Assembly (NCBI GenBank): GCA_964187785.1
Contig: OZ076409.1
Coordinates: 37,574,001 to 37,638,000, forward strand
From: Amphiscolops sp. MND2022
Taxonomy: Eukaryota
DNA: 64,000 nucleotides
Direction: 5' to 3'
In this document: positions 22,828 to 35,000 of the stretch, piece by piece
Position numbering within the stretch: position 1 is the first letter of the stretch
How the letters are laid out: every line of letters starts with the position of its first letter
Notes under the pieces: model-generated
The model's input: the letters and a program-made list of their open reading frames with translations, nothing else
Databases searched by the model: none
What the model was told of the DNA's origin: nothing
Program-made: the position numbers and the translations under genes

Positions 22828-23490
22828 CCCTGGGTGAAGTTAAATGCAAATCTTTAAAGATTCTTGCCAATTTCTTGCATTTGATGGCTATCTTGTAAGA
22901 TTGGCGACCTCAATTCAAATGTTGCAAGATTTTTCAGTTGTATGCAAATCTTACAAGATATCTTACAAGTTTCTTGAAAGAAAAACATTTTGCTGCAACT
23001 ATCCTGCATGATTTATGAAAAAATCTAAATTTGAAAAATTCGAAGTTTGGGCGCGGCCATTTCGAATTTCATCATTTTTGCTTGTCATGATTTTCGGATT
23101 GCCAAAACGGAACTGGAATTTTAAAGCCCAATCCTACCGGAACCTAGCACTAGCAGAGAGCCTCCAACCCAGAATAAGGACATTTCTCAATTACTGAAAG
23201 CTTTGCTTCTAGTAGAACTAAATGTCCGACATTATGCTTCTAATTTAATTTTGTTTCAGCTCATGTAATGGAGAGTGTCTTTGTAAATGGGATCCCTCAA
23301 TTCCGTGAATACTTTTCATTGGAAAAGTCAATTCCTTCAAGATTCTTTGAGAAAATGTATATCTTGCAAGATTATCATTGAAAAATGTTTATCTTGAAAG
23401 ATTCCTGCAAGATTTCTTCAAGAAAAATGCATTTTCTTTAAAGATGAAAATGTAAGAATCTTGCAAGATAAGCATTTTTTTGAACTAGGG
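22828..23490 (-). mobile_element. MITE of the TCTTGCAAGA-rich family (inverted relative to 46791-47604)
   Basis: CCCTGGGTGAAGTTAAATGC ... TTTTTGAACTAGGG; both ends are reverse complements of the 46791-47604 ends. Confidence 0.75.
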
Positions 23491-23859
23491 TAGATATGGC
23501 GCCGACTTGGGCCGGTCCCGGCTTGTTTCATGGTTTACATGGTTATAGTCATTTACTAGTATACATGCGTTCGAACTTCTCCCTGTGGTAACCACTTTCC
23601 GAAGACATGAAATGTTTGTTAGATCTATGATTTTTCACTAGCTACCTGTGTTAAGACCTTCCCAAACAAATCATGATCATGCAAGATCATGCCATGCGCA
23701 CCATGCATGATTACCATGGTTTAGTAGGATAAACCATGATCTTAACAAGTGTTCTGTCTTCGTTCACATGGAAAGTTTTTGAACCCTGTCAATGAAACAC
23801 CGATTTCGATTGACTTAATGAAACTGAGAAAAATAATTGTTAACCAACTTCTTTCGTGA

Positions 23860-24330
23860 GTCCTGTCACGTGTGTTATATCTATAATATGCCGCACTAGC
23901 AGAGAGCCTCCAACCCAGAATAAGGACGTTTCTCAATTACTGAATGCTTTGCTTTCAGTAGAACTAAATGTCCGACATTATGCTTCTAAGTTCATTGTTT
24001 TCAGCTCATGTAATGGATAGTGTTTGAAAAATTTTGAGCTATTAGTTTTTTGGGACTCTGCGGAGGCCACGTTCTTGTCGTGAGTTCTGTCACGTGTGGT
24101 ATATCTATAAAATGCCGCACTAGCAGAGAGCCTCCAACCCAGAATAAGGACGTTTCTCAATTACTGAATGCTTTGCTTTCAGTAGAACTAAATGTCCGAC
24201 ATTATGCTTCTAATTTCATTCTGTTTCAGTTCAGGTAATGGAGAGTGTCTTTATAAATCGGATCCCTTGATTCCATGATTACTTTTGATATGAAAATTTA
24301 ATTCTTTCATGATTCTTTGAGAAAATGTAT
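23860..24330 (+). repeat. Two tandem ~223-bp copies of a segment also inside the 22828 element
   Basis: GCACTAGCAGAGAGCCTCCAACCCAGAATAAGGAC occurs at ~23147, ~23893 and ~24117. Confidence 0.75.
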
Positions 24331-25206
24331 ATGCTATCGTTCAAAACAATTTTGAAGCCTTGAACTGGCTGACTCAAAAGAACAGAGGCTCGATTCGATC
24401 CTCCACCATCAAAATGTTATACTTTTTAAAATGAAATTTTGAAAGTTTTTCGAACTGGCATCTTTAAATTTTTTTTTCATAAGAGGGTAGTTACTATCGA
24501 AATAGTTTTTTGTTTTGATTGTGATTATGTTCGAATTCAGTTTTTAAAAATTCAAAAAATAAAGCTGATCGTTTCCTTAATATTTCTTAGTAAAAAATAC
24601 GTCATGACGTAGCATGAGTAGTAGCACTTATGAAGTTGCACGTCATAAGAACCATGTTTAATGAACAAAGTTTATATCTGGAACTTTGAAGCCGGATTTA
24701 AAATTGAAGGTTTCTGGTTTGGTTTTTAGTTTTTTGTCATAATATTTTCAATGAATTTTCCAGAAAATTTTGGCGGTGGAGGAAAAACAGAAAACAACAT
24801 TCGGCCGTGATAAACTTTTTTTGGTTTTTCTGTTCAAAAACACTGTAATGCCTGCCAATTCTGCTATTTGTTTAAAGTGATGGAAAATTAAAAAGTTATG
24901 CAAAAATCCTTGAACTGTGAAGTTGTGAAATTGTGAATCCAGCATTTTTGATACCATTCCAGGTCAAACAGAGATGCCATCTTTGCAACCTGTATATAAA
25001 GCACACAAATATATTTGAGCACGTGCTTCTTTCATCTTCTCTCGACTGTAGAATGATTCACGAAAAATCACATGCAATAAAATAGCAAGCAGTGTTCTTT
25101 GTCAGTGGCTGTTAAAATGAACTACCAACGAAACGCGATTACTTCACTTTGAATCCACAACAAACATTTGCTCTCGAAACAGAATACTATCAAAAAATCC
25201 AGAGCC

Positions 25207-25547
25207 ATGGAGAGTGGGAAATATTACGGGATTCTCAGTCTTCTTCTTTTCTTCATTTTCGTCGATCTTTTCATCAACTGCTTCATCTTCGTGCTGAGAT
25301 ATCAAAATGTTGTTGTTCTCATAATCTATCTTTTCCAAGACATTTGCTTAGTCTTTTCTCTGATTGTCATCTCTCTGATGTTTGTCAACACTTACATATT
25401 TCAAGCAGGTCTTACTAAAATTCTCCTGAAAAAGTTCAAACTCACGATCTTCATGATTTTACTCTACTTCACCATGACTGTCGTTTTTCATTGCATCGAC
25501 TTGAGTGACAGATGGAAATACCCGGATTACTACTACTGGGATACAAG
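25207..25547 (+). CDS. TMEM138: TMEM138 (ciliary transmembrane protein 138), coding exon 1
   Basis: MESGKYYGILSLLLFFIFVDLFINCF...QDICLVF...NTYIFQAGLTKILLKKFKLTI...RWK matches the TMEM138 pattern (DLFxN, QDI, NTxxFQAGL, KFKxTI). Donor AG|GT at 25547/25548, phase 2. Confidence 0.92.
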
Positions 25548-25745
25548 GTTTGTCATTTTCATCAAAACTTTTTGAAAACCACCTGATTCATTTCATGAAT
25601 CCATTCAAAATCTAATTCATTTAATTCATATTAAAACAAACAATCCAGGCTTTTCCCGGCATCAGCTACTAATTTACTATAATTTTGCAACTTTGTCACA
25701 ACTATTTGCGTCGGTGGGGTTTCACAATCTATTATATATGTGTTG

Positions 25746-26155
25746 GGTTCTTTTCTGTCCCCCCCCACCACCAAAAATTTTGAAAATAACTCCTTAAAAA
25801 CTTTAGACTATCCTAATTAAAAGTAAAATCTTCTTTCATAACAGGAAGTTAACTTCTATTAGAGTAGTTTTCCGCTTGAACAAAACATTGTTCACGCATT
25901 TTGACTATAATTATGTTCGTATTAAGTGTCTATTTATGACTTAAAACAGGAAGCTGTTGATTTCTTCATCGAAAATGCGTGACCACTAAAGGAAAAAGTG
26001 TGAACAAAGTTTGTATCTGAATCCTTAACTATCACTTTGAGAATAAGTTTGAAACTGAAGCTTTCTGGTTTGTATTCAAATCTATTTGTTATAATATTTT
26101 CACTAATTTTCCAAAAAAAAATTGGTGGTCGGGGGGGTTTAAACAGAAAAGAGCC
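25746..26155. mobile_element. 410-bp MITE with 8-bp TSD in the TMEM138 intron
   Basis: TIR GGYTCTTTTCTGT..CCCCCCACC / GGTGG..GGGGG..ACAGAAAAGAGCC; TSD ATGTGTTG on both sides; sister copy at 50525-50934. Confidence 0.88.
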
Positions 26156-26585
26156 ATGTGTTGAGCGAGAAAATGTTTCGGTCTGCATTATTTTCTGTGT
26201 GAAATTTTGTTCTGTTCGGGAGTTTGATATGAAAACTGATGAAAGTTTCCCTATTGTGTTTCATTCAATTGTAAAATTGCAAAATATGAACTTCAATTTT
26301 GAAACAACCATTGGTGTCCTTTACAATCATTTGATTGATGAGCTGCTTGCAATTTTGCATCTTTTCGTTTCAAAACCATCTCTCACCATCGAGGTTTTTT
26401 TAACCAGTTGAGGAACTAGCATAAAATGTGGCTGATTATATTATTTTTAGTGACGTCATTTGAAAAGAAAAACTGAAATGTTTCAACAATTGTCAATAGT
26501 AGTTTTTGTATGAATCATCAGGTAAAATTTTACTTTTTATAACGATTTGTTCGTTAAAGGAAAAAGAATCCAAATCTCGTTTTAG

Positions 26586-26769
26586 ATTAACGATATTGTT
26601 CACGGTACAAAGAACGCTGGCCGCTTTTCACTATTTTTACTACAAGAGGACGGCTCTCAGACTGGCGGACCCTCTCTTCTACAAAGACTCCAAGTGGCTC
26701 CGAAACTGGCTCAAGGGAATCAAGACTGACGAGCATGACGTAACAACTAGACAAGCCATCGTTTCTTAA
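26586..26769 (+). CDS. TMEM138: TMEM138 coding exon 2 (total 174 aa)
   Basis: Acceptor TTTTAG at 26580-26585 with compatible phase. LFTVQRTLAAFHYFYYKRTALRLADPLFYKDSKWLR matches the TMEM138 C-terminus (YKRTAxRLxDPxFY). Stop TAA ends at 26769. Confidence 0.92.
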
Positions 26770-27017
26770 CCAACATGACGTCACGAAACCCAGATGACGT
26801 CACGGAAAAAGGAGCAGTCACTTCTTGAAATAATGGACGAAGATGCTATGTCCAGTTGACACTTGAGTTTTTCGAAAATTTTGCATACAAATGATTTGTA
26901 GAATACTTAAAGATTACGTAATTGATTTGGAAATTAATTAATTACAGGCTTAGGTTATCATAATTTGAATTTTATAACTTACTTGAAACGTTTGATTTCC
27001 GGAAGTTGTTGACGTTG

Positions 27018-27023
27018 AATAAA
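27018..27023 (+). promoter_or_regulatory. Candidate polyadenylation signal for TMEM138
   Basis: First AATAAA, ~250 nt after the stop codon. Confidence 0.45.
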
Positions 27024-28002
27024 TGGTTGCTCATTTCCGCTAATATGATCCATACAGCCAAAAACTTCAAATTATTTTTTCCTCCCTTATTTCGATAGAA
27101 AGAAAGGAACAAAACTTTATTTTATTGGGTTGCGTTTTACATCGTACAGCGACAACTCATATCAAGTGAAAACTCATTGTCGCAGGCTGGCGCCTGCGAT
27201 GGTAACTTTTATTCAATAAGTTACAATTATCAACAAATACTTCTGGGACAATTCCGCTCAACTGAAGGAAATTGGACAAGCAGTCCTATAGGAATCTCAC
27301 AAACTGAAACTGGAAATGAACTGGTTTTTAATGATACTATCCACGCATGTAAATTCAGAAGTGTTTCTTACATGTATATTAGTTTCATACCCAAGATTTT
27401 ATTAGACAATAAGTTAGGATAAACCACTAAGGTTCAGAATATTATCATTATTAGAACGATTTGTTGCCGCTTTAATTCACTTGTTCACGTATTATGTTAA
27501 TTGGACACCAAGGCACACAGGCAGAGGAAACGAGTTCCAAGGTTTCCTCTCCTGTCGCTGTGGACACCCAGTCCGTACCAATGTTTGACCAATCAGATTG
27601 CAGTATTTGTCTGAGTATTTTAATTCAGTCCTGTAGTTATTGGACACGATGGCCATACGCCGCTTGTTCACATGTAGTGATTCTTTAATCAAGGCAGACG
27701 GACATCCCCTACATTGTAACTGATATATTTGTATGTTTACATAAATACCAATATGTATTGTTTCCAACATGAAATACTTGAATGTTGAATACATGTAAAG
27801 TTGCTGTAAAACCCATGCATGTTTAGGTATCCTCCAAGGACGTTTGCAGATTTCTTCAAGGTGCAGTTGTGTTCAGACAATTATGTCTTTGATGTGACCT
27901 AATGGTCATGATGTCGTCACAACTATAAATAGTTGATGCTATATATAGAATAGTTTTAGCTATTTTTAGAACGTGATAACCACAATTTTGATGATCATGC
28001 AA

Positions 28003-28202
28003 NNNNNNNNNNNNNNNNNNNNNNNNNNNNNNNNNNNNNNNNNNNNNNNNNNNNNNNNNNNNNNNNNNNNNNNNNNNNNNNNNNNNNNNNNNNNNNNNNN
28101 NNNNNNNNNNNNNNNNNNNNNNNNNNNNNNNNNNNNNNNNNNNNNNNNNNNNNNNNNNNNNNNNNNNNNNNNNNNNNNNNNNNNNNNNNNNNNNNNNNNN
28201 NN
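28003..28202. other. Assembly gap (200 N)
   Basis: Run of exactly 200 N, typical of a scaffolding join. Confidence 0.99.
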
Positions 28203-28540
28203 CACAGGAATAAGATCTAAAAGTACCGAGAAACCACTGAAATGATTTAAAACAACTGACGAAAAACACCGGAATAAGATCCAAAACCTATGAAAAAACA
28301 CCTGAAAAGGATCTAAAATTATTGAAAAAAACCCGGACTAAGATCTTAAAATCACTGAGAAAACCACAGGAATAAGATCTAAAACTCCCGAAAAACCACT
28401 GAAATGAGATATAAAACCACTGACGAAATACCACCGAACTAAGATCTAAAATTACAGAAGAAAACCAGTCATAAGATCTGAAATCACCCAAAAAAAAATC
28501 ACTGGAACAAGATCTAAACTCACTGGAATAACCAGTGGAA
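28203..28540 (+). repeat. Minisatellite, ~32-33-bp unit, abutting the gap
   Basis: Repeated AAAACCAC(A/T)GGAATAAGATCTAAAA-like units. Confidence 0.8.
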
Positions 28541-28715
28541 AATGTTTTTCGGACACGATCTGAAACTGCAAACAGGGTTTACAGAAACTTCAGAACCGGT
28601 CCTGATAATTTTTCCCATTCTCTTTGGTTTTGATACGTCTAAAGGTATTTCGTGTAGTAAATCCAGTTGCTAGAAACTTTGAACGAAATTTTCATTTTCG
28701 AAATTTTCGAATTTT

Positions 28716-29100
28716 CCACCGATGGCCACTGGTGGGTTACCATGGGTTGTTCAGTACCGGGTATTCACTTGAACTTTCCAGAAGTGATTGTTGAACTTTG
28801 AGAGGCTCGTTTGTCATATTGACTTTGTTTGGCAGATGAAATTTGACATGAGGCCACCTTCTGGGATGGTCGAATGTGTTGATAAAGTGTTGTTGTTATA
28901 GTATTTCCGCAACATAGTTTGTTGGAGTCTTTTTAGTAATTACTATTAACTTGGAATGCGTTATAGTAATTTATTGGTCATTTGTTTGGCTCTGTAAAGA
29001 TCTGTAAAGATCTGTAATTTCTTTAGATCTGTACAGATTGCTACAGAAAAACGTTTCATGATTTTGACATGAATGAGACTTTCCGGTTTTAAACATTTTT
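28716..29100 (-). mobile_element. Fragments of the CCC..GGG MITE families seen at 20030 and 59135
   Basis: GGTGGGTTACCATGGGTTGTTCAGTACCGGG terminus, followed by the reverse complement of the internal segment at ~59330-59640. Confidence 0.65.
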
Positions 29101-29149
29101 ATTATTCGTTTGACATCGCTGTGGGGTTTTTATTGTTTTTCTGAGTATG

Positions 29150-29700
29150 TCAGTGTAAAACAAGCTGGACTCGTAAAATTTTTGTCGATTGCATCTCGTA
29201 TGAAACCAATTATTTCGCTGTTTTCATGCACACAAGAATGGTTAGAACAAAAACCAAACAGTACTGGAACAAAGAAATTTTGTCACAAAAATTAAATCAA
29301 TCGATTGTAAAACAGTTTCTCGATGACCTTACACGGTGAACTTAGTAGTCTAATCGTACAGTAATTTTGGGAATCAATAAAATCACTTTTTTGTGGAGGG
29401 TAATAATTTTGGCTGCTTCAAGGTATTCCGGAACTTTACGACTTTTCTCGCTTCGAAATAAATTATTCCCCTGATGAATTTGTTGTGTCAAGTACAGTCT
29501 TTACTGAACTTGTGGTAATACTGGCTGAAGTTATATTTGCTCAAATAATAACGGAATTCGATTATTTCCCCGTTATACCGTTTTGAAAAGTGTAGATCAG
29601 GATGATTTCAAAAATAGACACATAGCTGAAGGTATCACCGTTCGCAGCGGGAGTTTCCTCAAAAAAATATTTCAAAATTATTGTTTCACGAGTTGAAATT
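29150..29700 (-). pseudogene. Degenerate non-LTR retrotransposon (CR1/L2-like) reverse-transcriptase fragment
   Basis: Minus-strand translation across stops and frameshifts gives PEYLEAAKIITLHKK..DSQNYCTIRLLSSPCKVIEKLFYNRL..LFGF..IRDAIDKN..ACF, matching LINE RT domains 0-3 (KxAKIIPLHKKG..NYRPISLLS..KxxEK..QFGF). Confidence 0.65.
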
Positions 29701-32067
29701 CAACGAAACGTTACTCACATTTTGTCAGTTCTACGTAAATTGGTTTGAAAAAGTGCTAAACAGTAAACCCAAAGGTTTGTCTAGAGTGAAAGGTAATTGT
29801 TTAGGTAATTTGTTTTTTTTGTGGTATGAAAACAGCAGAAAAAAATGATCTTCTTGTTGACTGATTTTATTTTTGATTTTTTGCAGGCGAGTTCGGGACT
29901 TGGAAGTTTTGCGCACAGTTTTCCTACTTTTGCCGAGCAAATGAACTGGAGCGAACAAGACAAAGAGCACTTCTTCGAGAACATTAAAATTCTTGCTTCT
30001 AAAGATTGATGAAAGAAACCAATTCCAATGACTCCTAAAATGTCGCAATGACTTGCTGAAATCAATCCATAAAACAGGTTTGGCGCTAAACTCGAACTGT
30101 AGGTCTAACACAGTTTACATGTTTCTTATCGATTTCTAATTGACGACTTAAAATACCAAGAATATATCTGAGGTTCTTCATATTAAATGATGCTATTACA
30201 TTTAGAATAATCAAATGTAGTGTTCTCTGATTCGAAAAATTCAATGTTCGAAGCAATTTTCTCCATTCGAAAACCTTTTCAGCTTTTTGGCGTGCTTGCT
30301 TTGGTGTACAGCTTCGGGTTTCACAGGAAACCTTAATCTCGTCAAAGCAAATGTATGCTCTCAATCGCTATACTAGTCGAAATTAATGGCACGGTCGTGT
30401 TATGAGAGCTAAGTTTCTACCTGTACTAAAGACACAAAAAACAATATATCCATTCTTTCAAACCTTCTAATGATCATCGTAGCTTTTAATTGAAGCATTG
30501 GCGTCACTGGCGAAGATGAAGTTGTGAATTCGCACTTATAATTTTCTCTGACCATCTGTTTGTTAAATTCTCGATGAAAAGGTTCAGCATCCCACAATCA
30601 ATTCTCCAACAACGAAAATATGCTAAGTAAATGGCATCATTGAACTTTGCTCATAAACTACATTTCATTCAGTTCTGTCTCTGAGTTACAATAGATAATG
30701 GTGATGTGACACCCCCCCCCCCCCAACTTCAGTTTTGAGACTTGGATAGTTGCCGGAAATTTCGGTGTTGTTGTGTAAATTCCTCTTTGTGTCATTCGTA
30801 CGTATCGGTGTATCGTCTTTGTTTTGTTTTCCCGTGAAACAGAAAAAATATTATTTTCATTTTTCAGGTTATCTCGTAGAGAATTCCGCCCGGCTTTTAG
30901 TTTTTTGTCGACACTTCATGACTTTTTTTTCAATCCACATGAACTGACCAAAATATTTATACCAAAAGTTCTACAAATTTTTAAGGCGCCGCCAAAGTGT
31001 ACCATTTTTCCCAGGAAACTAAACTGTAAAAATTGTTACTTTTTTAGCTTAATATACAAAACGGGACGAGACTAAAGGACTTTTTTAAAATGTCTCTAAA
31101 GGGGACCTTCATTTTTTTTGATATTTTGCAACAGAAAGAATATTTAAAAATCCCCAAGGCTCCAATTGAGTTTTTCGGGTACTGTATAAGAGATACTTGA
31201 CGCTTTGAATTCCTTTTGCTATTTTTGAGCCTTAAGCGCGGCGCCGACTTATGCCGTTATCGACTGTTCAAAGGATGTATGAAGCTTCATTCTGTCTGTG
31301 GGGTTTGAGTACACGTTTTCTGTCATCCTTGTTGTAGCATGGAAACTCATCGTCACTAACCAATCTAAGCTTGTCATCAAGTCCTGTGGTTCCACGGTTT
31401 GTTTTGGTGATTTGGCTGCCTAAACTTTGGGTGATATGGATCAAATCGTCAACGGAGGACAAAGAAGTGGAGTGGAACTTTTGAAGATTCCTGTTTGGTT
31501 TCAAGTATTTGTTCGACGAGTATTTTTAGCTCCATCTGTGCGGTGGGAAAAAAGGCGTTGACAGTTGCAAATATATCAGAGATCGACTGATATTTAATAT
31601 TTGTAATGCCGACCTCGGGTAAACCGAAATTCATCAAAATTTAGTTCCAAAATGACGTGGACAGGCTGAGCATGGTTTGTCAAGTACCTGCCAACAAAGA
31701 GAGAGTGAAAGCAAGCGAAGCCGCCCCGCCAGACAGCAAGCCAATAAAATGCGAATTTCAACAGAAAAACGTGTCAAACTACGGTATGTCATCACGAAAT
31801 GGGAGCTTTTTACTTCCTATAGTAGGGAAAACCCAAGAATATGGTGTCAGCATAAAGCCTTCGCCGATGTCCCTTTGGTGTTTCCAGCTCGTGCGCTATG
31901 TGAACGACCGATCTAACACACTGCAATGGACTGTTTCATCCTAATTTTGTTGTTTTCATGATGTATTTAGATTATATGCTCGAAAGCTGTTAAATTGGAC
32001 CTTCTGCAAGCTTGTTTTTAGATCGTTTTATTGACTCCCCTATCCTTGATTTAAATTTACTATTCGA

Positions 32068-35000
32068 CAAACCCTAACCCATTTTTAAAGGCTATTCTGC
32101 GGTAGTCCTGATTATAGCAAGATGCCCGTAAATTGCAGCATTTAAAGACTGGAACTTTAAGATCAAAGAGCGTCCCTTAAGATGGTGCTCCCTCTTCGTT
32201 ACCGGATTCCCACGCAGGAAAATGGACTAGTCTGTTAAACGGTCAGTCTCGGACGTAAGCGTTTGCATGCTGGTTTCTCCACCTTTCATAGCTGCCAAGC
32301 TATCTTTGATCAATTGAGCACAATCGAAAGAGTACGATCGATTGAAATGCCGTCTGGAAAACTACAAGAATTCCACTGCTTACGTCTTTATGTACTTTTG
32401 CGACATTCTAATGGCTGTTTGTGTCAATCGCAACCAAAATGAAAACTAGAGTTGATTTTCTTAAAATGATTTGTTTTATACAAAATTGAGTCCGCCTTTT
32501 TTGCTGAATTTGCAGGTTAACTATGGTACATTTTCTCAGTTTATGGTACCTGAAAAATATATTTTCTCCGGCATTTTGGACAGTTGAACGTTGCTGACCT
32601 CCTTTTTGATGCTGATTAGCAATTTTTAACCACTTATTGCGAACTCCAGCGTTATCCAAAAGCAAAGCGTTCGAAGTTGCGTATTTGATGTTTTCAGTGT
32701 TTTCCATTTTGTCATCTACCAGAAGTGTTCATCGCCGAAGTTTTCTCGGAGAAAATTTTGGCATTTATCCCATTTGGCAGCTTTCTTTTAGCTGCTTATT
32801 TTTCGATGGTTATTGTTCCAGTTTGCTGTTGTTTTTTGTCAAACAAGACGCTCGCTGACCAGCAGGATATTTTCCGTCCGAACTGTTCAAGTAATGACAT
32901 TTTTCTGAGATTCAAGAGTAACCATTACACTATGAAAACGCTTAGAGGTTTGATGGAAAAGGGTTTGACACTTTTTGGATAATGTTATGCCATTTCAGAA
33001 GGAAACACTTTAAGAAGACACCAAACACCTATTTGTTTTTTTCGTCAGATTGTGTGTAACCTAACCAATCAAATTTTCTTTAAAATTGAGTGAAGTTGCC
33101 AAAAATGTCAAAAGCTGTAGATTTTTGCTTTTCGACAACTTTGCGGTCATTTGAAGAACTTTTATAGGAAACTGTAGATGTTTTTTCAGAAACGCTATTT
33201 GGATAACGGGTCCACTCATTCTTGAATTACAAAATTGCTCGAAACGTTCACTCTGACGAACTTTTTGCATACACAGTTGTAGATTTCTTTTTTGGACATT
33301 CTGCATGCCTACTCAAAAAAACTAGACTTTTAGAATATTGCGAAATTTTGGTAACTTTCAATAGAAATTCTCTAATTCGTCAAACAACTGCCAAAACTTT
33401 TTTCGACTATTTTGGGGTCATTTTGAGGCTCTTTTCTAACATGAAACTGCAATTCACCTGCAAGAAACTTACTGAACAGCGCATTTGTTCGCTTTTGAGG
33501 GTTTTTCTTCTTCCAACGATGGAAACTTCTCAAAAAATTCGGAACATTGCATAAGAAACGTTGAATTTAGACTTTTTATATCGGACTAATCAGGGCCACT
33601 TTTGAAGTACTTTTGAAGCTAAGTACTGCAACTCTCTTCCAACCAGAATAGTGCATAGCTAGTTTCATCGTTTTTGAGTGTTTTGAACTTTCTTGGTCAC
33701 AGAAACTTTCAAAAATTCAGAACACAAACTGCAGGAAAATCGACAAACTTGAATAATTTCTGATGTAAAACACTGTACTTTTCTCATCAAAAAGGAAACT
33801 ACATACCTGATTCTATCACCTCGGAATGTTTTGAACCAATATTCTCAAAAATGATACTCAAATAACATGAAGAACCTACATAAATTTTTTTTAGGACTTT
33901 TCGACAATTTTTGTGTCAAATTAAAGTTTAATTTTTTTAATCAGAAACTGGCACATATCCCATCAAAAAGCCTTCAGGAGACAGCCTTCAGTTGCTGTTG
34001 AACAGTTTAAGAGTTTTGATCCTGAAAAGGTTGAAGTTTTTACAAAAGTTCCGTTGGAAAATACAAAAATGTAAAAAAAAATCTAGGATTTGTTGACTAT
34101 TTCGTGGTCCTTGTTGCAAGTTTTTTTACAAAACTGCATTTATCTCCTCAAACAACTCTTTTGGACAACAAAATCATTGGTTGTTGATCGTATTCAACTT
34201 TTTGATCCACGAAATCTCTAGAAATTTGACAAAAGTTGCATAAAAAGGTGAAAAATTGGTACATTTTGAAGTTTTCGTCATATTTGGTCGCAAATTGTGC
34301 GCTTTTTTCAGTAGAAAACTTTGTCTACTTCTTAACAAAAGCCTCTCTGACAGCGAATATGTTCCTTGTTGAACGTCTTAAATTTTCTAAGTCCCCAAGT
34401 TTCTCACAAAGTACACAAAAACTGCATAAAATTTCCGAAAACCTGAATTTTTTAGGCAATTTCAGTCTGAATCTGATGCATTTTTCCAGAACACATTGCT
34501 TTTACCTCTTCAAAAAAAGCCCCCGGACAACAAATTGTTTCCTTGTTGAACGTCTGTGAGATTCTAACGCACCAAATTTTTGGGAAAAAAAAACAAAAAT
34601 TGTATATAATTTACAAAAGGCTGAACTTTTTAGTTTTTTTTTCGGTGTGAATTTGATAAATTTTTACAGCACAAATTGCTTTTACCTCTTCAAAAAAGCC
34701 CCCCGGACAACGAAGTGTTTCCTTGTTGACCGTCTGTGGGATTCTAAGCCACTAAGTTCTTCGAAAAATACACAAAAATTGAATAAAATTTTCACAAAAT
34801 TGAACTTTTTAGTTTTTTTTTGTCAATTTTGGTGTGAATTTGATGCATTTTTCAGCACAAATTGCTTTCACCTCTTCAAAGAAGACTCCCGGACAACGAT
34901 GTTTTCCTTGTTGAACGGCTTTGACATTCTGAGCCACCAAGTCATTCGAAAAATAGACAAAACTTGCATGAAATTTTCAAAAATCTGAAGTTTCTGGGAT

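Noticed and set aside
27856..28301. ORFs spanning the N run
   Set aside because: Artefacts of translating the 200-N gap.
28203..28540. CRISPR-like regularly spaced repeats
   Set aside because: Degenerate head-to-tail minisatellite with no unique spacers, in eukaryotic DNA with no cas genes.
31268..31944. Coding-like higher-GC stretch
   Set aside because: All frames are broken by stops and I recognise no motif or consistent splice pattern; probably a decayed element.
32070..32080. CCCTAACCC as a telomeric repeat at the duplication edge
   Set aside because: Less than two units of CCCTAA; not distinguishable from chance.
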